Shown here: piece by piece, positions 25,428-38,404 of the stretch
How positions within the stretch are numbered: the first letter of the stretch is position 1
Layout of the letters: the number at the start of each line of letters is the position of its first letter
Assembly: GCA_002245135.1 (NCBI GenBank)
Contig: NGBS01001184.1
Coordinates: 62,001 to 105,786, forward strand
Direction: 5' to 3'
Length of the DNA: 43,786 nucleotides
Origin: Proteromonas lacertae
Lineage: Eukaryota
Notes under the pieces: model-generated
Told to the model about the DNA's origin: nothing
Databases searched by the model: none
What the model saw: only the letters and a program-made list of their open reading frames with translations
Program-made: the position numbers and the translations under genes

Positions 25428-28394
25428 ATGAGTTTAGAAATAAGTATTGAAGAAAAGTACAAACAATTAGTAGAATGGACAGAAGTATTGCAATGTTTAT
25501 ATTATTTATAGAACGCAATATCGTTCATCACAGAAAAATACCCCGCCAAAATCCAAAAGTATGGTATGCATATTATTTTAGGTTTATAAAGTAAGAATCC
25601 ACCACCGGTTGAGCTTCATATTAATTATAAACCTAAAAAATCTAAAGAATCAGCTCAAGAATCTCAAATTCAAAGTGAAACAATTATGCCACAACAGATT
25701 TCCATATAATGAAATCGAAAAAAATCATACTGTTCAAATTGATTTCATTCCAACTCTAAGGTTCTTCACTACCTAGCACATCAAACCCGTTATTCAATAC
25801 ATTTAGTACTTTTGGCTATAACAATAACAATATTTCTCCATTTTTTCTACAACCACCACCTCCAACTCAAACTAACAGTGTTGATAATCTATTACACCTT
25901 CAATCACCGCAATTTCAACAGTTTCAGCAACAACAACAGCAAAACCAAGAATGGAGACAGTTAGTAGAGCAACAAATACAACAGCAATTAGAACAACAAC
26001 AACAACAAATTCCACTTCAACAAACTGAAAGTTCTCTATCCAATCTCCAATTATAGACAAATTAGAAGAAGAAAAACATGATGAAAATGAAGTGAAAGGT
26101 AAAAATAAGAAACAACCAAAGAAACGAAGAAATAAACAAAAGAAAACAAATTCAACTCCAAAAGAAGAAACAGTAGAAAAAGAACAACAACAAAATGAAG
26201 AAATAACAAAAATACAAGGAGAAGAAAGAAGAGAAGATGAATTACCGTCAGTTGAAATAGAAAAAGAAAATATAGATAACAGATTAGAAATATTTCAAGA
26301 AGATGATAAAGAAACTATATTGCCATCACCAATACCTTTAACTTCATCATTTCAAAACCCTATTTCAATCCCATCCATTAATACAGGTGAAAGATTGTCA
26401 TGTCCTTTAAAGTATATCTATTTAGTAGAATATTAATATTAATAAATAGATCACATTTTGTAAGATGGATAAAGTTAGATGATAAGAATCCTCCATTAAG
26501 AGGAATTCATGATTCAATGCCTTATAATCACATTAGAAAACCAACTAAAGAGTGTAGTATATTATACAATCCATTTAATTATGATGATGAAGAGGAAGAG
26601 GAAGAAGATCCAGAATCTGGTACTGATTTAAGCGATGATAATAATGAGAAAGAAGGAGATGAAGAAGATGAAGAAGGAGAAGATATTGATGATGAAGAAG
26701 ATGAAAAAGATCCATTGATTGTTGATGATGAAGAAAATGTAGATTCATTATTCAATAGAAAGAGAGAAATAAAACAAGAGATTTCTGAGTTTTATATGGA
26801 TGAATTACCACCCTATTCATCTTTATTAGTGAAGTTTATTGGTAAATCATTTGAAAAAACATATCAAAAATATAATGTATTATGATTATATATAATATTA
26901 TGTAAATAGAAAATCAATGAATCTTTAAATACAGCTGCTGTAATTCCATTTGAATATAAGGCAGATAAAAAGTTATATACAACACTCAATTCAGTAATTA
27001 ATGCAATGATTAATAAATTAGAAGTAGAAGAAAGAAAAGAAAGACGTAAAAGTGAATTTGAAGAAAGGCAAAGAAAGAAACAAGAAGAGAAAGAAAAGAG
27101 AAGAAAGGAACAAGAAGAATTTAGAGAAAGAAGATCTATTCAAAAGGAGAGAGAGAAGAAAGATAAACTCATTAATTATGCATGTAAGTTATGTGTAAGA
27201 AGTTTAGTGTCTCAAGTAGCTAGAATGGCAAAGAAACAAAAGAAATTATATAAAATAACAATCATGGATGGAATTGAAACTGGAGTATTTAAACCTGGTA
27301 AAAATGTATTAGTTATTAATTATATGAATAAAACCATTATGGCTGATTTGTTAGAGAATGGTAAGATTAGACATGCTGAAACTGGAAATATCTTTAATAC
27401 TCCATCCAGTTATAGTTTACAAATGAAAGTATATATATATTCTTTTTATTGTTTTTCTATTTTAAATAGAGAAATATTCAACAAGATAAAAGATCTGATG
27501 ATGGCTGGAAGAGTGTATTGTACAAAGGAAAACTGTTAGAAGAATATAAACGTGAAATAAAAAGACTGAAGAAATTGATGGGAAGAGATGATAATTATGA
27601 TGATAACAATTCTCGTAAAAGAAAAAGAGGTTACAACAATAATAGCAGTGATGAAGATGATGAAGAAGATGTAAGTGAAAGTGATGATAGTGAAGATAAT
27701 GGAAATGATTTAGATGATTTAATAGTGACTAAAAGTAATGAAGATGAAGAGTATAAGCCAAAAAGAAGAAAAATACGTAAACCAAAGCGTTATAGATCTG
27801 ATGATGATGAAGATGATGATCAAAACAATAATGAGAAAGATGAGAAGGATGATAATGAAGAAGAAGAAAAAGAAGAATCAGTAACAACTCCGCCAACACA
27901 ACAACAAGATGAACAACAACAACAAGATGAAACTATAAAAATGGAAATTGAAAACCAAAAGAATGATGGTGATGATGAGAAAGAAGATACAGGGAATAAT
28001 ACTGAAGGTGATAAAAACACTCCTAAAAAGACAAAAAGGAAATTATCAAGAAGTAAATCAAAGGGTAGAAAGAAAGCAAAAACTGAGAATGTTCAACAAA
28101 CAGAAGTTAAAATGGAAGAAGAAAATGAGGAAAATAAAGAAGAGAATAGTGAAGAAATTAAAGAAGAAGAAATTGAAGTAAAGAATGAAGAAAATAAAGA
28201 GGAAAATAAAGAAAAATCAAAAAAGGGGAAGAAATCTAAGAAAGAGAAGAAGAAAGAAGAAGAACAGCCTGTAAGAAGATCAACTAGAATTAGTATAATA
28301 TATTTATAATATTTATTTCATAGGAAAAAGCAGAGTTCCAACATTTGTAACAGATGATGGCGATTTTATTTATTTAAGTAATAATTTTATTTAA
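25428..28394 (+). CDS. Low-complexity nuclear protein containing a RAMA (MPND-type) domain; apparent frameshifts in the 5' part
   Basis: The spliced segment ~27250-27550 reads IMDGIETGVFKPGKNVLVINYMNKTIMADLLENGKIRHAETGNIFNTPSSYSLQMKRNIQQDKRSDDGWKSVLYKGKLLEEYK. It is flanked by acidic, Gln-rich and Lys/Arg-rich tracts, and the frame is broken at ~25707, ~25757 and ~26035. Confidence 0.78.
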
Positions 28395-28525
28395 TTTTCT
28401 TTAAATAATGTTATTTAGTAATTTTCATCAATTCGTATATGTTTTTAAAGAATTGGGGGATTTTTTGATATATAAACAGAATTTTCACATCCCCAAAAGA
28501 TTTCTCTTTTTAAATCTTTCAAAAT

Positions 28526-31500
28526 ATGAGTGACTCACTTCATGATTTCATTAACTCATACACCAATGCTTTATCTATGCAGGTATTATTCTAGTTATTA
28601 ATTTATTAGGAGGAAATCGAAGTTGTTCAAAAACAACTTACGCATCTTCGTAAAGTGATTGGAGACAAAAACACTAATGAAGTATATTTTTTTGACATTG
28701 TATTTAATAGAGAAAAATGAGAGAAACTCTTGTCATTGCAACATATATTTCTATGTTGGGTTACGATGTTGAATTTACCTATTTAAAAGCAGTTGAAGTA
28801 TAAAATATTACTATTTCTATACCTTTTAGATGTGTACAAAGCCAACATTATTAACAAAGAAAGTAGGTTATCTTGTAACATCTCTTCTTATCCCACCAGA
28901 GCATGATTTTTCAGTGATGATTGTCAACCAATTAAGAACTGATGTACAAGCTGCAAACATTATGGATGTATGTAGTGCTTTAATCTGTGTTACTAAGATG
29001 GCTAGAGAAGATGTAATTCCAGTAATGATTGACTTAATCGTTAAACTATTAGTACATTCCAATGAACTTGTCAGAAAGAAAGCCGTTTCAGCAATTCATC
29101 GATTCCATCAAATTTCTCCAGAAGCAGTAGATGATTATGATAAAGACATTATGAAGTTATTGACTGATAAAGATCCTTCTATCATGGGTGCTTCATTAGA
29201 TCTAATCTATGATATTTGCAAAAGATTACCAGATGAGCATAAAGCATTAGTTCCAATGTTAACCGATATTTTAGGACAGATAATCAGTGGAAGATTAGGC
29301 CCAGCTCACAATTATCACGGAATACCAGCTCCTTGGATGCAAATAAAGATAATCCGAATATTATCAGTTTTAGGAATGGGTGATAGTAAAACTTCAAGTC
29401 AAATGTACAGTATTTTAGCTCAAATATTAGACAAACCAAACGCAGCCGAGCCAATCAATGCTGGTATATTATGTGAATGTTCCCGAACAGTGACTTGTAT
29501 TTATCCAAACACTGTGTTACTTCAAAAAGCAGCTGAAATAATTGGTTATTTTGTGAATTGTGTTGATAATAATATGATCTATTTAGGTATTCAAGGATTA
29601 TATGATATAGTAAGAGATTATCCTCAATATACAATGAAACATCAAATGAAAGTATTAGATTGTTTAGATAGTCCAGATGATACATTACGATCAAAATCAG
29701 TAGATTTATTAGTGCGAATGTGTAATCCTCAGAATGTTCAAGTGATAGTAGAAAAAGTGATAAATTATTTGAAAGGTTGTAGTGATGAATTTGTTCGACA
29801 AAGAACCGTGGATCAGATTTATGATTTATGTGAAAAATTTACTCCCAATCCAATGTGGTTTTTAAAAACAATGGTAGTGACATTAGAACTAGCACATAGT
29901 AATGTAAAACCTGAGATAATAACTGGTATTGTATCATTATTAAAAGAAGGAACAGGCGATGAGAATAGCGATAATCAATTACGAAATGGAGGAGTAGAAT
30001 TATTTGTAGCATTATTAGATAATTTATATTTACCAGAATCAATAGTATTATTACAATCGTGGGTAATAGGTGAATATGCTTCGAGTGATTGTAGTGTTGG
30101 ATTGAGTGAAATATGTAGTAAATTAGTATTACAAGCTCAAAGATCAGAAAAATCTCAAACCATATCTTCAATAATGTTAACCTTAACAAAGTTGGTGAGT
30201 AGAATAAAGAGTATTCCTGATGATGTAAAAGATTTCTTTACCAATTATTATCAAAGTGAAGATGTATTATTACAACAACAAGCAATTGAATTTGTTCAAT
30301 TGACCCACTTCTTACCTGTAATGAGTAGTTTATTCAGTGTTGGAGTATGTTGTGAAGATGTAAAAGTAAAAGATAATATTCGATCTTTGCAGAATTATGT
30401 AGATGAACAGAAACTAGCTGGAGCTGAAGATTATAATCCACCTGAAGTAGCAATAGAAGAAGAAACCTCTATAAGTGGTGGATTGAAAGTAAGTGCATAT
30501 GATAAGCCAACAGTAGGTAACTTTGGTATAGAAGAAGCACAATTAATCGAGCCAGAGATGGGTCAAAGTGTAAATAATAACAATAGACAATTGAATGTTG
30601 GATTAAAGAAGATAAGAGGAACATTTGGATTACCCCAACAACAATTACCTCCCATTTCAACCCCAAAGATCAATCTCCAGTAGAAGAAGAAGAAGAAGAA
30701 GAATTTGAAGATATTGAAGTATGGGTAACTGATGATGAAGCTGATTTATTAGAAGACATTGAGAATGAAAAAGAGAAAGAAGCTCAAGCTTTATTCTTAG
30801 GTTTGCCAGGTGCTCCATCAACAAAGAAGAATAAACAGAAGAAGATGAAGAAGATAATTAAACGAGTTCCAAAACAGAAAGTGAAGAAAGCGAATATTCC
30901 TATTACAAATGGTGGTGGCTTATTTGAAGGTATGAATGAAGCAGCACCAGCAGCTTCACCTAAATCATCATCAGTAGCAAAACCAAAAGTAAAAGTTGGA
31001 GGAATTAAAAAACCAGTTCCAATTGTTAAAACAAAAACAACAGTTAAGAAATCTAATGTTCCTGATTTATTCTCTAATAATAGTAATGCTCCAACTAAAC
31101 CAACAACTGCCAAACCTGCATTAAAAGGTAAAACAAATACTCCATCTCAACCAGAAAGTAGTTCAGATGCTAATATTCTAGGTGATGACCTATTTGGAAC
31201 TCCTGCACCCGAATTAACAGCACCTGTAAGTGATAGTACAAGTGATGATATATTTGGATCATTGAATTTCGCTGAACCAATTCCAGTTGCTCCAAGTACA
31301 ACATCCACCGCAATTGATGATCCATTCAGTGAAATAAATTTAGCAAGTGCTTCAGTTACATCATCTGTAGTGAATAAACCTGGTGCAATAGTAGCTGGTG
31401 TGAAAAAAGCACCTCCAAAATCCTCGAATGATGATGATCCATTTGCTTCATTAGGATTCAGTCCAAGAGCTCCAACTTTTGATGTAAATCAAATGAAAAT

Positions 31501-32233
31501 CCCTCCAACAATGTTAGGAAGATATAACAATGCTGCAAAACTACCAGCCATACCTGTAATTCAAGAGAATAATGAAGATATAGCAATCTGTAATCAATTG
31601 ATATACAGTGATAAATTCACCGCTTATGGTTTATTTTTATTTAATAAAAGTAAACATGATATAAAGAACTTAATGGTAAATGCTTCTCAACCGAATGGTT
31701 TATCATTAAATATCACAAGTGATCCTAAAACCTTAATAAATGGTAAAACATTAAAATATGAAAGTGTAAATCCAGGCCAAATGGTATTTGTATCAATCGA
31801 ATTTGCCTTTCAAAATCCCTCTTTAGAAACGATATTAATAATAAGTATTCAATATAACAATAAAAACAATAAACAAATCACTTATATAATTCCTCCAAAT
31901 GATTTATTACGAGCTGAAAGAATCAGTAGTAATGACTTTATGATTCAAATGAATCAAAATCAATGTATGATAAAATGTAATTGTCGAACTTCTAGTATGA
32001 GTACTCCACATGATTTTGGTAATTTCTTAAAAAGTAAAATGAATTTCTATATAGTAGAAGCTCAAAATAAGACAGCTGAAGTATATTGTTTTGCGAAAGT
32101 GGCAGGAACTCCATTCAAATGTTTAGTAATAGGAAAAGTATTTGCTGGTAAAGGTGTTGAAATATGTGTAAAATCTCGAGATCCTACTTTCAGTCAATAT
32201 GTAGCTAATCAAATTAGCAAATTGATATTATAA
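28526..32233 (+). CDS. AP4E1: AP-4 adaptor complex epsilon subunit (trunk, hinge, ear), interrupted by one -1 frameshift at ~30662-30668
   Basis: Three short 5' introns; MLGYDVEF, KKVGYL, VRKKAV, YHGIPAPWMQIKIIRILSVLG, CLDSPDDTLRSK adaptin-N motifs; hinge with DDLF/DDPF motifs; the -1 frame runs open from ~30662 into ORF 30803-32233. Confidence 0.88.
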
Positions 32234-32463
32234 ATGACAATCCATATATTCCTATTATTCCTTATTCTATATTTCTATTATCGCTATTGTTTGTGTGATA
32301 TATAATATCCAACATTACTATAAACCTGATATACAGGTAATCTTTATTAAATCACAGTTAAATAATAATATTCAGTCATATAAATTTGATTAAGATTGAG
32401 AAATAGGTATTTATGATAATTAAAGAAACGATAAAACATTTTGAAACTCAAACAAGTTTGAAA

Positions 32464-35400
32464 ATGGTATTGTCAAATTCTTATGCTAATGATGTATTAT
32501 CCACGATATTGATATGTGATTATAAAGTATTTTATTTGAAATATTGTTGTAGATAAAAGAAAGAATAGAAAGGAATGTTAATGAAGTAGATATGTTTGTC
32601 CAATATAATAATGAAATTAGAAGTATGAAAGTGTTGAATGTCCATATAAAGGAAAAGAATATAATAAAGTTTATTGAATATAACTCCATATTATCAGACT
32701 ATTGCTTACACTTCATTTATCCATCCGTAATACAGATGTTTAGAAATAGTTTGATGATACTAGAAAGAAATTATTATGAAAGAGATTTAGAAGAGGTACT
32801 TAAGAATAAATCGTTGCTGAGATGTGACATTTGTCGAGAAATCTGTTCAATATGTTCAATATTAATGAAATTGAGTGAATGTGATATAGTAATCAGTAAT
32901 TTGAAGAGTAGTAATATAGTATATGAAAAAGATGGTGAAGTAAAGCTATGTGATTTATACTTGAATAATTTGAGAAAAATAGATGATATGGAAATATATG
33001 ATGTGTGTTTTACAAGTCCTGAAGAATTAAGTGGATTAGAATGTGATGATCGAAGTGTAATTTGGTCAATTGGATGTATATTATACGAAATGATAAACAA
33101 GAAATTGCCTTTCAGTGAAGATGATAATATGAATAAAACTCTGAGTAATATTCTTAAATTTAAATGCTGTTATTGTAAAAAAGATAGTGATTTTATTAAA
33201 AAAATGATAGATAGAATGCTAAAAAAGAAAAGCGAAGATAGATTGAGTTTAAAAGAGTTGAGTAAAGAAATGATAAAAATGAGTGAAATTTTAAAAGATG
33301 ATGATAATAATTTGATAATATGTAATGAAAGAAAGGAAATATTGTACAGTTATGATGATATTATAGTTGCATTTCCAATAGTATATTCAGCAGAATATTA
33401 TCTTAAAAGTAATAAATGGAAATTAATTCGAGATAATTTGATAGAGTTATACAATGATAATGGTGATGAAAGAGTATTATCGATATTATTGTCAATAAAA
33501 TTATACAAAGAAGATTGTTTTAGTAGAATAACTAAAAATATGTTAAAATTCCAAGTTCATCACAAATGTAAAGAAGGAAGAGACTGTTATTTAGATGAAA
33601 TGATATTTAATGTGTCAAATGAATGGTGTGATTATGAAGATATTTCTATTGACTCATCTTGTATTTGTTTATGTGAAGAAGGAATGAATTATTTCTTCAG
33701 AATAATGAAATTTATAAATCCAACAAGACTCGAATTTAGTATAATACTAATATTAATTTAATGTATATATTTAGATATTGATATTGCAATGGAATTTCAA
33801 TCATTATTTGGATCATATTTGAATCAATTAACAAATCTTCAACATATTGATCTATGCGAATGTTGTTTAACGTATCAGTTCGTTAAATTATTTATTGGAT
33901 CAATTCCTATGCTAAATCTGACCTATGTAAACCTTACATGTATATATTAATAAAATTGTATTAAACTAGGTAATAAAGTTGGTTGTAAAGGTTTGAAAAT
34001 GTTATTACCTTATTTGAATTTATTAATAGATGAAGAAAATATGTTGGATATGCATGATATGAATTTAAATGATGAATCGATGATATTACTATCAGAAGAA
34101 ATATATAAATATCCAAATCTTGAGAAAATAGATATTACAGAAAACAAAAGCATTCATTCAATTGGATTAAAAGCTTTATTCTCCAAGTTTCCTATTTCAT
34201 TAATAGAATTTGATTATAATAAAAGCATAGAATTATTGGCTGACAAAGATATTGCAAATATCATAGAATACATAGTATGTGATGATAAATTAAACTTGAG
34301 TAATTGCGAAATTGATGATGATATTTTCATATCATTGATTCAATTAAGATCAAATGAATTAGGAGAAATAAAAGAGTTGGATTTGAGTAGTATAGTTTGA
34401 TATTTTTATGTTATTTAGATAATAAACTAACACATAAAAGTATAGAAATATTGATTGACAATTTATCTTCTTGTTCAAATCTTGAATATCTTCGATTAAA
34501 TGGAAATGAGGTAGGAGATTTTGGAATGAAAATATTATCTCCACACTTGAATTTGTTGGAGTATGATGGTCGAATAAACTGCTCAAGTATAATTATTATT
34601 CTTATATTCAATAGAAATGAAGTTATTTACAACTGGATTAAAATATCTATTAGATGGTTTAAAGAATATTAATGAAGATATTATTTTAGATATAAGTAGC
34701 AATGAAATAGATTCAGATGGAATAGAATATCTGATGAATTATATGAAAGAAAATGGCAATATTGATTGGTTAATTATTCATAGTATATTTATTATGAATT
34801 ATATTCTTTAATTAGACAATCCAATTGGTAACGATGGATTTAAACTATTAATGAACAATATAAATAAATTAATAGTAGATGATGTAATGGATATGAATAA
34901 TATATGTATAGATGATAAAAGTGTAGAATTATTAGAAGATAAAATGGATTCAATTTTATGCGAAACAATTAATCTAAATGAAAATAACATTACAATAAGT
35001 GAATTAAAATTAATATGTAATAAATCATTAGAAAAAGAAGAATATCCATTTATAAACATGAAATGTTCATCATGGACAAATGAAGAATTGGAATATTATT
35101 TAGATTATTCTTGTAAAAGAGAAAGAAGTTATCATAATAAAGATTGCAATATGTCATGTACATAATAATGTAAATATATAATGAAATAGATATGAAAATA
35201 AATGATTCGCATATTTTATCAATTAAAAAGTTTGACTGTTTGAATTTTGATCTATCAAATAACAAAATTAGTTGTAAAGGATTGAAAGAATTAACTGATT
35301 CTTTACAAAAAGATATAATACATATATCTATATTTAATAATCCAATTGGAGATGAAGGATTGGCAATAATATGTGATAATATAGAGAAATTTATTACTAG

Positions 35401-35765
35401 AAATACAATGTCATTAAATTTGTCAAGTATTATGTTATTATAATATAAATATAATTTGAATAGATATAGAAATGCACTTTATTGGATTACTGAAATTAAT
35501 AGAAAGATTAAGGAAATATAATGTGTTAAGAAATCTAAATCTGGAAGGAAATGTATTAGATGAGTTAGAATTGAAATTGATGACAGTACATGAAGATGTA
35601 TTTAATTGTTTAGATGAACTGTACATTACAGTGAATGAGAATATAAACCGAATGGAATTAAACAATTTTTTAAACAATTTTTGTTCAATTGGAGTTATTC
35701 ATTTGAAAGGCATCAGAAAAGATGAAAAAGAAGAAATGTTAAGCCAATTTATTAATATTAAATAA
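32464..35765 (+). CDS. Pseudokinase fused to RNI-like leucine-rich repeats (multi-exon)
   Basis: Probable ATG 32464. Kinase fold with degenerate motifs (IVISNLKSSNIVY, VKLCDLY, TSPEE, IWSIGCILYEM..KKLPF), followed by repeats such as LEYLRLNGNEVGDFGMKIL and ISIFNNPIGDEGLAII split by short introns. Confidence 0.82.
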
Positions 35766-35853
35766 TAATCATTTTTACTTATCATTTCTTATTATTATTA
35801 TTATTATTATTATGTTAATTAATTAAAAATAAAGCATAAATATACATTAAATC

Positions 35854-37288
35854 CTGGGTTCGGAAAACACGTCACTTTCGTGTTTTGTGCCTTTCGTTGT
35901 GCCTTTAACTCACCAAAACTCCTCAGTAATTCTATGTGTCCATTTCATAAATCACAGCATAATTTATGCGTGTTTTTTTGTCTCTATATTTTTTTGTTTT
36001 AAGTTGTTGATTTTTTGTTGCTATTAGTTTATAATATCATTCAATAAGCAAATGCTCAAATATAACACACTATATCCGTGTTCTTCTTTACAATTGAAAA
36101 AATATATCTTATATTTCATTTTACTTATTACATTTATATATCCTGATAATATTGAACTATTTATTACTATTTTTAGTTTCAATAATATGCTTATTTATCA
36201 ATATTCATAATTACTTATTCTCAAGTTAAATTATTTAGTTAGTAACTCTAATGTATCGATTTTCTTTGATCAAATTACACTCTAAAACAAATTTTCCTAC
36301 TATAACACTCAAAATTCAAAATATAAAAATCATTTAGGCTTGTTTTAATCAAGCTGAATTTTTAATATTCAAACAACTTCAGAATTCCATCAGTAAAAAA
36401 TAGTTAAAGATTTGATTAACTCTGAAGGTGTAAAGTTAGTTAGAGTTGGATATTTAAAAATTATAAGGTGTCATTGTTAATAGATGGGTGAAAAAACACC
36501 AATTATTAAGATGTAGTAAATTTAATAATAAAACAGAAAAAATTAGTGTTTTTTAGAAAGTGTTATTATAGATGAAAGCGAAATTGCAGAAAATCTAGTA
36601 AATGTTATACAAAGAACATTATCTAAATATGGAATTCCATTAGGCAAAGTTTATAGTATAGTATCAGATAATAGTTCTACGATGAGAAAGCTGGCACAAC
36701 CACTAGAAACAAAAACGAAGCATATTTAACACATATTTTTAATATCGTAAGTAAAAGAATACTTGAGATAGAAAAATATAAAAGTATTCTTGATTATTGC
36801 AATAATATACAATACCAACTAAACAATTGTAGAAGTATTAAAAATAGGTTTAAAGAATTCCATAATAAAGAATAAAGAAATTCTAAAGAATAAAGAATTA
36901 ATTGATGATAAACATATTACAGAAGTTGAAGAAATTGAAAAAAATTACTACTTATCTTTCCTCGAATATACAAGCAGGGATGATGCAAATTTGAATGATG
37001 GTTATTTAATAATTAAGAAAATTAAAGAGGAATTACTACTTAATATGTCATCTGAAAAAGAGCAAGTAAAAAAATTATAAAAGATGTTATGGTTCATGTG
37101 AATTAAGAAATGATATTGGTATTTCAGTTTCTACAAATACAAAACAGTCTTGGTGAAGAAAAAAGTAATACAATTATAAAAAATAAATTAATGAAAATCA
37201 TATTTACTCTTTTAGTTAGGAAAAACACGTCACTTTCGTGATTTGTGCTGTTCTTGTGCCGTTCCGTCCCTGTGCCTGCCGAACCCAG
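35854..37288 (+). mobile_element. Defective hAT DNA transposon (1435 bp) with TIRs and 8-bp target-site duplication
   Basis: TIR CTGGGTTCGG (35854-35863) / CCGAACCCAG (37279-37288); identical ATTAAATC at 35846-35853 and 37289-37296; internal transposase remnant. Confidence 0.93.
36330..37130 (+). pseudogene. Decayed hAT transposase
   Basis: The fragment AENLVNVIQRTLSKYGIPLGKVYSIVSDNSSTMRKLA (36586-36700) matches the hAT second-catalytic-Asp motif (ivtDNasnM.ka). Stops and frameshifts surround it, and the bounds are approximate. Confidence 0.85.
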
Positions 37289-37304
37289 ATTAAATCGAAT
37301 GGAG

Positions 37305-37950
37305 CAGGGTTGTATAAATAAGTAACCTATAGGTTTTAGGTAAAACCTATAATCTAGCCTCGAGTATTATTTTGTTAAAATCTATTTTAATTACTTACTG
37401 AGTAACATTTGCTTTATACAAACTATCATACTATATAAAATATTATTCCTGCTTCTTGTTTTACTTTAGTTACTATAGTTATGACTAAGATTGGTTGAAA
37501 TTGTATAAATATCTATTCTGATATATTAAAATTCATCTACAAACTACTCAATAGTGATATTTAACATATTTATAAACAACTTGTTATTTTGATGATTAAT
37601 TTATATTGATTACTATCTCTAAAAAACAAATATAAATGTGATTATAATAATAAATCTCTATTTATGGATATTAATGATTTGTCTTCAATAAGTCTCTTAC
37701 TTTCTCAGTTTTTGAAAATAAATAATCATTATAAAACTTTCTTAGGGGTATAATATATCCTAATTTGAAGCAAAACCTTCTAAATTCGGATGAGTCTAAT
37801 ATTGTGGTACTGACTGTATTGAAGGTTATGAATTTAAATAGATCGTTGTTGAGAGAATCTGAATTGACTTTGGCTTGGAGCATATTCAATAATCTGAATA
37901 ATGTAATTATACATTTAAATGATCTAAATCTTAAAAAATAAAGATTTACT
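37305..37950 (-). pseudogene. Second hAT-like transposase remnant with possible TIR CAGGGTTG at 37305
   Basis: ORF 37671-37889 LFKFITFNTVSTTILDSSEFRRFCFKLGYIIPLRK resembles the hAT N-terminal dimerisation region (F..f...l.y..PsR). CAGGG is a typical hAT terminus, but no partner TIR was found in the window. Confidence 0.6.
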
Positions 37951-38404
37951 TAGTCAAATCATCAAGCTTGATGTTTTTTTCTTTTATTTTTTTTATTCTA
38001 TAATTAATTTAATATTATGTTAATAATATGTTATTGTGAGTCATCATTGAGAAATAGATGAAAATAATAGTAATATAAAAAGTGCATCGACCGAAGGTCA
38101 AATTTGATATTTGAAAGATAATGCATAAAGCTTTAATTTATATATGTATAACCGTAAGAATATCACTGTAGGTGGGTAAACCGTACCAGACTATTCTTAG
38201 GTGCCTTCTACAGGTAAGAATAAGCGATTTGAGTGTAAATTAGTTTTTGGTACGGGTTATACTGGAGGAAGCGGTGAGTTTAAATTTCTTTATATATTTT
38301 TGTGTATGAGTAATTTTATGGGTTAAAATTTTTTCTTTTGTTTTTTGTATATAATTTCATTTAACTTTTTCTTATTGCTATTTATCAATCATAATTTCAA
38401 AAGA

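Noticed and set aside
30680..30705. Intron repairing the AP-4 epsilon frameshift
   Set aside because: The GTAG donor with the available AG acceptors gives the wrong phase, and the purine-rich GAA tract is unlike the AT-rich introns of this genome.
6483..35765. Alternative genetic code (TAA/TAG read-through) to explain fragmented ORFs
   Set aside because: The breaks are explained by ~30-nt GT-AG introns, and conserved genes (RER1, RPS17, HOP2, DPM3) end at TAA at the expected positions.
38150..38260. Hammerhead ribozyme or tRNA in the structured island
   Set aside because: There is no CUGANGA/GAAA core or T-loop/D-loop consensus on either strand.
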